From the NCBI GenBank assembly GCA_964456135.1, contig CAYVZD010000002.1, forward strand, positions 16,125 to 80,124: DNA of 64,000 nucleotides, given 5' to 3'. Source of the stretch: an uncultured Bifidobacterium sp. GTDB lineage: Bacteria; Actinomycetota; Actinomycetes; S36-B12; UBA5976. Below the pieces are notes generated by a model, which saw nothing but the letters and a program-made list of their open reading frames with translations, did no database searches and was not told the DNA's origin. The stretch's first letter is position 1; each line of letters starts with the position of its first letter. Position numbers and translations under genes: made by a program. Shown in pieces: positions 56,671 through 64,000 of the stretch.

Positions 56671-59609
56671 ACATTGGTTTCGACTTGTTCACCATAAAAA
56701 ACTCTTTGCACAACCTGACGTGCTAAACGTGTTGTTCGTCGATAATCTTCAAGTAGTTGTTGTCCCCCACGTAGGCCATAGCCCAGTTGGTAAGCAACTC
56801 GAGCAAGATCGATTAAATCTGTAGGTAAAGTGTCGCTTGGTTTACCTTTAACGAGCATGACTGCATTACGCACTTTGGTACATAGTTGCCATGCATTAAT
56901 AAGCGATTTACAATCGGCCGCCGAAAGTAAATCAAGACTTTCTGCAGTGCGTAGGGCTTCAACAGTTCGAGTAGTTTGTAATTGCGGGAATTTGTAAGCA
57001 TGGCCCAACTGCAGTATTTGGGCAACCCACTCAACGTCACTCAATCCTCCGGGACCAAGTTTCGTGTGCAAACTTGGATCAACCCCCCGCGGTAACCGCT
57101 CTGATTCCATTCGGGCTTTAAGTCTGCGGATTTCGCGCAATTCATTTTCAGGTAATCCAGTTTCTCGGTAACGAATTGGATTAATCAGATTCAAAAATTG
57201 GGCGGCTAATTCTTGATCGCCAGCGCTTATGTTTGCTCGAAGTAAAGCTTGGGTTTCCCAGCCTGCTGACCAGCGTTGGTAATAAGAATCGAATGAATCA
57301 AAACTACGAACTAGTGGACCATTTTTTCCTTCGGGCCGTAGATCAGCATCGATTACTAATTCAGGATCAGGACTTGGTGCCATCAAAAGTGAGCGTAAAT
57401 TATTTGCCATTTGATGTGCTATCTGATTTTCAATTTGTGCATTCGCTGAATCTGAATAGCAGAACATCACATCTGCATCACTGCCATAACCTAATTCGCA
57501 ACCGCCATAACGACCCATGGCAATAATTAAAAACTCCGGCGCCTGCTGTGTTGCTCGAGTGACTACGGATAAAGTGCCCGCCAATGTGGCATCTGTAATG
57601 TCAGTAAGTACCTGACCTACTTGTTCAACATCTAGATAGCCAAGAATGTCAGCACAGCTGACTCGGAATAACTCTCGTCTGCGCACAGCTCGAATTGCCG
57701 CTACTGCCTCGGCTGTCTGTTCATATCGAGATGCGATGGCGTTAATTTCGGTTGTCAGCTCATCGCGGGATCTTGGTTTTAATGATTCTTCACTGGCCAG
57801 TAAATTAACTGCTTCTGGTGCGCGAAGTAATAAATCTGTTGCGTACTTACTAGTAGCCAAAATAGTTGCTAACCGCTGGGCAGTTGCAGACTCATCGCGA
57901 AGTAAACGTAAATACCAAGGTGTAGTTCCAAGTGCCTCGCTAACTTGGCGGAAACCAAAAAGACCGGAGTCAGGATCAGGTGCTTGTGCAAACCATTCGA
58001 GCATTACTGGTAACAAAGTGCGCTGGATCGAAGCTTTTCTTGAGACACCTGTTGTTAATGCTTCTAAGTGGCGAAGTGCGCCGGCTGGGTCTTGATAGCC
58101 AAGCACTGCTAAGCGAGCACTGGCTGCTTCGGGTGTTAGCCTGGCCGCGGAACTATCGAGTTTTACTACCGCATTTAATAAAGGTCGATAAAAAAGTTTT
58201 TCGTGCAGACGTTTAACTTCGCGAGCATATTTTTTCCATTCTTTAGTCAATTCAGAAATTGGATCAACCAAGTAACCCATAGACCGTCCAATTTGGCGTT
58301 GACGATCTTCCTCTGTGGGCATGATGTGCGTGCGCCGCATTCGGTGCAACTGAATCCGATGCTCTAATGTTCGTAAAAATCTATATGCCGAGGAAAGGGT
58401 GGCTGCGTCCTCGCGGGCCACATAACCCCAAGTAGCGAGTTGCTCTAGCGCCAGCAAAGTGTTTGGGCTTCGAACTAATTCATCAGAACGACCATGGACC
58501 ATTTGTAAAAGTTGTACTGCGAATTCGACATCGCGTAAGCCACCACGACCTAGTTTTAATTCGCGATCTGCATCCTTAGATGGAATGTATTCAGCGACTC
58601 GCTCGCGCATTGCCTGTACATCTTCGATAAATCCAGGACGATTTGCTGCCTGCCAAATGTAAGGCAAAGTCGCGGCAATAAATTGCTCCCCTAACTGCAA
58701 ACTTCCCGCCATCGGTCTGGCTTTAAGTAATGCTTGGAACTCCCATGACTGGGCCCAGCGGTCGTAATAATCCAGATAACTTGGCAAGGTGCGCACTAGC
58801 GCCCCGGCTTTACCCTCGGGACGCAGCGCTGCATCCACTTCCCAAATCGAACCTTCTGTTGTGGGTAGCGAGCAAGCTTGCATTAACTTTTTAGCGATTT
58901 GGGTGCCAATTTCTATGGCGGCAGTTTCGTCTACTGTATTTGCTGTCATCGCAGCTGGCTGCAATACAAAAACTACGTCTACATCGCTGACATAGTTCAA
59001 TTCACGCGCTCCACATTTGCCCATGGCAATAACCGCTAGCTCAACTTTTTCGCTCTGGTCGGTGTATTTTCTTGCCAGGTAAAGAGCAGACTCGATAACT
59101 GCATCAGCCAAGTCGCTAAGCGCAGTAGCAATACCTGGAAGTATGTTTACGCTATTTTCTTTTGCAACCACATCGAGTGCGGCGATGGCACTTAACTCTT
59201 TACGATAGGCAATTCGAAGGGCAATTAACCCGTCATCCCAAGATTCGGTAGGTGTTACTGCTAGTAGTAAGGCAGAAACCAATTCGTCTCGACTCGGGAC
59301 ACTTTCAGCTGCTGCAACGTATGGGACATGAAAAGGAAATCTAATTAAGTGTTCACCTAACGCAACAGATGAGCCAAGTAACTCAACTATTTTTTGCCAG
59401 TTAGCAGCGGTGAAACCGGCAAAGTCAATTGACCCAGTTTGAATTAGCTTTGCTAAATTTTCTAAGGCTAAATCTGGATCAGCAGTTTCCTTTAAGTAAT
59501 CAAGTGCCGAATCTAAAAGTGGAGTTTTTTCAACTAGATCAGCAGCATGAGTGGTATTTGAAAATCCAAGTCTGGCTAATCTAGCTGCTCCTGAACTTTC
59601 TCTAGTCAT
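56667..59609 (-). CDS. glnE: bifunctional glutamine synthetase adenylyltransferase/adenylyl-removing enzyme
   Basis: 980 aa with two nucleotidyltransferase domains (GKCGARELNYVSDVDVVF and GRYGGCELGYGSDADVMF), each followed by a GlnE-type helical domain. Confidence 0.95.
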   Translation of the reverse strand: MTRESSGAARLARLGFSNTTHAADLVEKTPLLDSALDYLKETADPDLALENLAKLIQTGSIDFAGFTAANWQKIVELLGSSVALGEHLIRFPFHVPYVAAAESVPSRDELVSALLLAVTPTESWDDGLIALRIAYRKELSAIAALDVVAKENSVNILPGIATALSDLADAVIESALYLARKYTDQSEKVELAVIAMGKCGARELNYVSDVDVVFVLQPAAMTANTVDETAAIEIGTQIAKKLMQACSLPTTEGSIWEVDAALRPEGKAGALVRTLPSYLDYYDRWAQSWEFQALLKARPMAGSLQLGEQFIAATLPYIWQAANRPGFIEDVQAMRERVAEYIPSKDADRELKLGRGGLRDVEFAVQLLQMVHGRSDELVRSPNTLLALEQLATWGYVAREDAATLSSAYRFLRTLEHRIQLHRMRRTHIMPTEEDRQRQIGRSMGYLVDPISELTKEWKKYAREVKRLHEKLFYRPLLNAVVKLDSSAARLTPEAASARLAVLGYQDPAGALRHLEALTTGVSRKASIQRTLLPVMLEWFAQAPDPDSGLFGFRQVSEALGTTPWYLRLLRDESATAQRLATILATSKYATDLLLRAPEAVNLLASEESLKPRSRDELTTEINAIASRYEQTAEAVAAIRAVRRRELFRVSCADILGYLDVEQVGQVLTDITDATLAGTLSVVTRATQQAPEFLIIAMGRYGGCELGYGSDADVMFCYSDSANAQIENQIAHQMANNLRSLLMAPSPDPELVIDADLRPEGKNGPLVRSFDSFDSYYQRWSAGWETQALLRANISAGDQELAAQFLNLINPIRYRETGLPENELREIRRLKARMESERLPRGVDPSLHTKLGPGGLSDVEWVAQILQLGHAYKFPQLQTTRTVEALRTAESLDLLSAADCKSLINAWQLCTKVRNAVMLVKGKPSDTLPTDLIDLARVAYQLGYGLRGGQQLLEDYRRTTRLARQVVQRVFYGEQVETNV

Positions 59610-59611
59610 AC

Positions 59612-60340
59612 TTAGATTGCCTGACTGGCCAAAATTGACTTAGCCCAATTTTCAAAAACTGGGCGCCAAGTTTTGACTAATTCATCCTGTGCGTGATCTA
59701 TCTCGGCCAATGTTTCCTCTGGTGAGATGCTCATTTTTTGCAGAACTTGATCATCTGGCTTGGCCCACTTCGACACTGTATTTACTGAGACTTCTGGATG
59801 AAACTGCATGCCATAAACATTGTCACCCAGACGAAACGCGTGAACTGGACATTGATCATTTGCCGCCAAAACAACTGCATCATCTGGCAGATCAACTATG
59901 TAGTCCTGATGCCAACTAACTACTGGGATTACTTGGCCAGCTAGTTGTCCAAATAATTGATCAGATTTTGCTTCGTGGCTAATCCCAACTTCAACTAACC
60001 CGGCTTCCGGGCTGGGCGTGCGCACTGATTTGCCATCAACTGCGGTGGCTAACATTTGCGCACCTAAACAAATTCCGACAAACGGGAAATCTTGGGCAAT
60101 TGCATCTTTCATCAGTGAGCGCTGTGCCGTTAACCAACCATATTCCTCATCATCATGTGCACCCATTCGACCGCCCAAGACAAGTAATCCGTGAAACTTG
60201 TGCGGTATCTCGGCTGGCATCTGATCGCCCGCATGAGGGCGGATTATTTCTAATTCGAGACCGGCTTGGGTTAACCAAGTTGCGACTAAATCAATCGGCG
60301 CAACTGAGTCGTTTTCGACGACAAGTACCTTTGGTTTCAT
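59612..60340 (-). CDS. class I glutamine amidotransferase-like protein (stand-alone, GMP-synthase-GATase/COG0518-like)
   Basis: 242 aa with nucleophile elbow GICLGAQML and the His/Glu pair in MQFHPE. Its start abuts the glnA2 stop (TAAATG) and its stop lies 2 nt before the glnE start. Confidence 0.8.
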   Translation of the reverse strand: MKPKVLVVENDSVAPIDLVATWLTQAGLELEIIRPHAGDQMPAEIPHKFHGLLVLGGRMGAHDDEEYGWLTAQRSLMKDAIAQDFPFVGICLGAQMLATAVDGKSVRTPSPEAGLVEVGISHEAKSDQLFGQLAGQVIPVVSWHQDYIVDLPDDAVVLAANDQCPVHAFRLGDNVYGMQFHPEVSVNTVSKWAKPDDQVLQKMSISPEETLAEIDHAQDELVKTWRPVFENWAKSILASQAI

Positions 60341-61678
60341 TTATAACACCGGCAAGTAACGGTCGAGTTCGTAAGGAGTTACTTGCGCGCGGTACTCTTC
60401 CCACTCTTGGCGCTTATTGCGTAAGAAAAAGTCGAAAACATGCTCACCAAGTGTTTGCGCAACGAGTTCGCTGCGCTCCATCAAAGTGATTGCTTGGCCA
60501 AGGGACTGCGGTAATTGGGTAATGCCTAATGCGCGGCGCTCAGCATCGGTTAGCGACCAAACATCATCTTCGGCACCAGGTGGTAATTCATAACCTTCCT
60601 CAATACCTTTTAGCCCTGCAGCTAGTAGCAAGGCGAAAGAAAGGTAGGGGTTACAGGCTGGATCTATCGAGCGAATTTCAATCCGAGTTGAATTACCTTT
60701 AGCTGGTTTGTACATCGGCACTCGAATCAGTGCTGAGCGATTATTGTGACCCCAACAAATATACGATGGTGCTTCCCCGCCGCCGCCAAGTCGTTTGTAC
60801 GAATTAACCCATTGATTTGTTACAGCCGTAAATTCTGGAGCATGCTTAAGTAATCCGGCAATGAATTGTCGGCCAGTTTTACTTAACTGGTACTCGGCGC
60901 CTGCTTCATAGAATGCGTTTTTGTCCCCTTCAAATAGTGATAAGTGAGTATGCATACCTGAGCCTGGATACTGCGCAAATGGTTTTGGCATGAAAGATGC
61001 ATAAAGACCCTGTTCAAGCGCTACTTCTTTCATGACTACGCGGAACGTCATGATGTTATCTGCGGTAGTCAATGCATCTGCATAACGCAAGTCAATTTCT
61101 TGTTGACCTGGTGCACCTTCGTGATGACTAAACTCAACTGAAATCCCCATTGCTTCTAGCATTGTGATTGCCTGACGACGGAAGTCGTAGCCAACTCCAC
61201 TAGGCGAGTGATCGAAATAACCGACTTCATCAACCGGAATTGGCGTTACTCCTTTTTCCGGCTGATTTTTGAATAAGAAAAACTCAATTTCGGGATGTGT
61301 GTAAAAGGTAAAGCCAAGTTCGGCTGCCTTACCAAGAGCTCGCTTCAATACATTTCTTGGATCAGCAAATGATGCACTACCGTCTGGCAAATTAATGTCG
61401 CAGAACATTCTGGCTACGCTGTTCTGTTCACCGCGCCACGGCAGAATCGTAAATGTCTCAGGGTCAGGTTTGGCCAGCATGTCAGATTCATAAACACGGG
61501 CGAAGCCTTCAATAGCTGAGCCGTCGAATCCGATACCTTCAGCAAATGCGCCTTCAAGTTCAGCCGGGGCGATTGCAACAGATTTAAGTGTGCCTAGTAC
61601 GTCGGTAAACCAAAGGCGGACAAAGCGAATGTCCCGCTCTTCCATCGACCGCAATACAAATTCAGTTTGCTTATCCAT
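60341..61678 (-). CDS. glnA2: glutamine synthetase type I family protein (GlnA2-type, no adenylylation motif seen)
   Basis: 445 aa with the GS beta-grasp and catalytic domains (FDGSAIEGF, HHEGAPGQQEI, GSGMHTHLSL, NRSALIRVP). The position is syntenic with mycobacterial glnA2 next to glnE. Confidence 0.9.
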   Translation of the reverse strand: MDKQTEFVLRSMEERDIRFVRLWFTDVLGTLKSVAIAPAELEGAFAEGIGFDGSAIEGFARVYESDMLAKPDPETFTILPWRGEQNSVARMFCDINLPDGSASFADPRNVLKRALGKAAELGFTFYTHPEIEFFLFKNQPEKGVTPIPVDEVGYFDHSPSGVGYDFRRQAITMLEAMGISVEFSHHEGAPGQQEIDLRYADALTTADNIMTFRVVMKEVALEQGLYASFMPKPFAQYPGSGMHTHLSLFEGDKNAFYEAGAEYQLSKTGRQFIAGLLKHAPEFTAVTNQWVNSYKRLGGGGEAPSYICWGHNNRSALIRVPMYKPAKGNSTRIEIRSIDPACNPYLSFALLLAAGLKGIEEGYELPPGAEDDVWSLTDAERRALGITQLPQSLGQAITLMERSELVAQTLGEHVFDFFLRNKRQEWEEYRAQVTPYELDRYLPVL

Positions 61679-61725
61679 ACCCCTATGGTGCTCGCCTTTC
61701 GTTACAGCAGTGTTACAAGCCCGAT

Positions 61726-63474
61726 ATGCTGGTACGCGTGAATACCATCCGCTTGGCGCTGGCCCAAGTTAATCCCACGGTTGGCGATATCGCTGGAAAC
61801 CTAAACCTTTGTTTTGAATCTGTCGCCAAAGCGAGCGCTGCTGGTGCGCAATTAGTTTTATTGCCAGAAATGGTAATAACTGGTTACCCAATTGATGATC
61901 TAGCCCTACGCCCGTCTTTTCAAAAAGCTAGTGGTGAGGCAATTCAAGAATTAGCCACCAGATTGGCAAGCGAAAATTTAGGTCACCTAGTTGTGGTTGT
62001 CGGTTATTTACGTGGGACTGACAATGACGACGCTGAAAAATTAGGGGTTCCTCGGGGTGCACCGATGAATAGTGCTGCGGTGATTCACCAAGGAAAAATA
62101 CTTGGCCATTACAACAAACATCACTTGCCCAACTATGGGGTTTTTGATGAATTTCGGCACTTCGTCTCTGGGGATGAATCGCTAATTATTCGCGCCTTCG
62201 ATACTGATATTGCTTTGGCAATTTGTGAAGATCTGTGGCAAGACGGTGGACCGGTTGCCCGAGTTAAAGATAGTGGCGCCAGTTTGCTGCTAGTGCTAAA
62301 CGGATCTCCATATGAAAGAAATAAAGACGATGTTCGACTTGAACTAGTAAGGAAACGTGCGGCACAAGCAAACGTAACTCTGGCCTACGTAAACATGGTT
62401 GGTGGCCAAGATGACTTGGTTTTTGATGGAGACTCAATCGTGGTCTCAGCGCAAGGACAGATTTTGGCCAGAGCAAAGCAATTTGAAACTGAACTTTTAG
62501 TTCTAGACATAGAAGTAAGGCCAGCCGGGACTGCGACATTGCTTTCAACCGGCGAACCAGTATTAGTTGTTAACCAAAAATCTGACTCCCCCAAAGCAGC
62601 GCTTACTGGAAAAATTCGTGAACAACTTTCCGATTACGAAGAGTTATACAACGCACTGGTACTTAGCCTTCGGGACTACGTACAAAAAAATGGATTTAAG
62701 TCTGTTTTATTCGGCCTATCTGGGGGCATCGATTCAGCGCTAGTTGCGGCAATTGCTTGCGATGCAATTGGGGCAAAAAATGTTTACGCCATCTCTATGC
62801 CATCAAAATATTCCTCAGAACATTCGAAATCGGATGCACAAGATTTAGCCAGCCGTACTGGACTAAATTTGCGAGAAATTGCCATTGAACCGATGGTTGC
62901 GGCATTTTTGGCAGAGCTTAAATTGAGTGGTTTAGCTGAAGAAAATTTGCAGGCGCGAGTACGCGGTATGACGTTAATGGGAATTTCCAACCAAGAGGGT
63001 CATTTAGTTTTAGCCACTGGTAATAAAAGTGAGTTAGCTGTTGGCTACTCAACAATCTATGGAGATGCCGTAGGTGGATTTGCTCCAATTATGGACGTGC
63101 CAAAAGTTGATGTCTGGGCTTTAGCTAAATGGCGAAATGAAAATGCCCTTGCTAACGGGACCACACCACCGATTCCAGAATCGTCGATCACTAAGCCACC
63201 AAGTGCAGAATTGCGCCCAGGACAAAAAGATTCAGATTCGCTGCCAGATTACGAAGTTCTTGATGCGATTTTGCGCGAATATATTGAATTTGATCGAAGC
63301 CTAGATGAAATTGTGGCTCAAGGATTTCCAGAAAAAGTTGTGCAAAAAACCTTGCAGCTAACCGATCGAGCCGAATACAAACGGCGACAGTATCCGCCTG
63401 GCCCTAAAGTCTCGGGTAAAGCGTTTGGTCGAGATCGTCGATTGCCAATGACCAGCAAATGGCGTGAATCTTAA
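61726..63474 (+). CDS. nadE: glutamine-dependent NAD+ synthetase (CN-hydrolase domain plus synthetase domain)
   Basis: 582 aa with an N-terminal nitrilase-like domain (LPEMVITGYP, CEDLW) and a C-terminal PP-loop LFGLSGGIDSA. A GTG at 61738 is an alternative start. Confidence 0.9.
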   Translation: MLVRVNTIRLALAQVNPTVGDIAGNLNLCFESVAKASAAGAQLVLLPEMVITGYPIDDLALRPSFQKASGEAIQELATRLASENLGHLVVVVGYLRGTDNDDAEKLGVPRGAPMNSAAVIHQGKILGHYNKHHLPNYGVFDEFRHFVSGDESLIIRAFDTDIALAICEDLWQDGGPVARVKDSGASLLLVLNGSPYERNKDDVRLELVRKRAAQANVTLAYVNMVGGQDDLVFDGDSIVVSAQGQILARAKQFETELLVLDIEVRPAGTATLLSTGEPVLVVNQKSDSPKAALTGKIREQLSDYEELYNALVLSLRDYVQKNGFKSVLFGLSGGIDSALVAAIACDAIGAKNVYAISMPSKYSSEHSKSDAQDLASRTGLNLREIAIEPMVAAFLAELKLSGLAEENLQARVRGMTLMGISNQEGHLVLATGNKSELAVGYSTIYGDAVGGFAPIMDVPKVDVWALAKWRNENALANGTTPPIPESSITKPPSAELRPGQKDSDSLPDYEVLDAILREYIEFDRSLDEIVAQGFPEKVVQKTLQLTDRAEYKRRQYPPGPKVSGKAFGRDRRLPMTSKWRES

Positions 63475-63540
63475 TTTCCTGAAATAGTTGTAAGTGCATG
63501 TCCGGGGACCACTTGCTGGCCTCGAGATCGGAGTACCAAC

Positions 63541-64000
63541 ATGTCTTCGCAAACGCTTTACGGTGGATTGCAGTCTCGACGGATAACAACGGCTGACTTA
63601 ATTTCAGCCAAAGCTCGCGGCGAAAAATGGCCGATGATCACAAGCTACGACGCAATCACTGCCCAAATTTTTGATGAAGCCGGATACCCAGTTTTATTAG
63701 TTGGTGACTCAGCGGCCATGGTGGTGTTTGGTTTTGATTCGACTATTCCAGTTACTAGTGATGATCTAATTCCCCTTGTTGCGGCTGTCCATCGTGGAAG
63801 TAAGCGAGCCATGGTTGTTGCTGATTTGCCATTTGGCACCTACCAAGAATCTCCTGAACTGGCACTTAATAATGCATTTCGTTTTATGAAAGAGGGAAAT
63901 GCACACGCGGTAAAGATTGAAGGTGGCGTGGCCATGGCCCCAACTGTTGAGTTATTAACCAAAGCTGGGATTCCAGTAATGGGCCACATTGGATTACTTC
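63541..64000 (+). CDS. panB: 3-methyl-2-oxobutanoate hydroxymethyltransferase (5' part, runs off the window)
   Basis: This ORF is not in the ORF track because it has no stop in the window. My translation reads MSSQTLYGGLQSRRITTADLISAKARGEKWPMITSYDAITAQIFDEAGYPVLLVGDSAAMVVFGFDSTIPVT...VVADLPFGTYQ...AVKIEGG...GIPVMGHIGL, a clear PanB pattern. Confidence 0.85.
   Translation, partial: MSSQTLYGGLQSRRITTADLISAKARGEKWPMITSYDAITAQIFDEAGYPVLLVGDSAAMVVFGFDSTIPVTSDDLIPLVAAVHRGSKRAMVVADLPFGTYQESPELALNNAFRFMKEGNAHAVKIEGGVAMAPTVELLTKAGIPVMGHIGLL

Noticed and set aside
1-64000. Search for defence systems, prophage, integrative elements, toxin-antitoxin pairs, and tRNA/rRNA/tmRNA genes across the window
   Set aside because: Every ORF over 100 aa that I accept has a housekeeping, transport or metabolic signature or is a plain membrane protein. 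I saw no nuclease, ATPase, reverse-transcriptase or integrase signatures. No spacer is long enough, other than those discussed, to hold a structured RNA gene.

Overview
The window holds about 64 tightly packed protein-coding genes. I saw no rRNA or tRNA genes, CRISPR arrays, transposases, integrases or recognisable defence genes. The content is chromosomal core of an actinobacterium. From memory, gene order follows the conserved block known in M. tuberculosis as roughly Rv2176-Rv2225: Ser/Thr kinase, aroG, plsC, fadD15, pimB-like GT4, trpD, ctaE-qcrCAB, ctaF/ctaD/ctaC, adoK-like kinase, erpA, glycerate kinase, gcvT, pepA, lpdA-sucB, lipB-lipA, glnA, glnE-glnA2, nadE, panB. GC is low for the phylum (mid-40s % by eye, not computed). 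Spacers are tiny and many genes overlap. A carotenoid module (crtB plus a two-subunit lycopene cyclase) and a cobalamin-riboswitch-controlled uptake system are also present. Together these suggest a streamlined freshwater actinobacterium of the acI/Nanopelagicales type, which is inference. I did not find a convincing new multi-gene system. The items most worth a second look are: (1) a perfect 32-bp palindrome-containing tandem repeat filling the spacer upstream of a small CxxC protein and GT4 operon; (2) a class-I amidotransferase inserted between glnA2 and glnE with 0 to 2 nt gaps, resembling the E. coli PuuA/PuuD pair; (3) an ~8.3 kb lineage-specific block between glnA and glnE, which holds an ornithine-cyclodeaminase-family plus Orn/Lys/Arg-decarboxylase operon, an NRAMP-family transporter with a non-canonical metal site (D-G-T-S), an orphan bioY, and a convergent overlapping HTH/unknown gene pair; (4) GlnR-box-like repeats upstream of glnA and in the glnA2/nadE spacer. 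All functional calls rest on motifs read by eye from the supplied translations and on remembered synteny. No database search was run.
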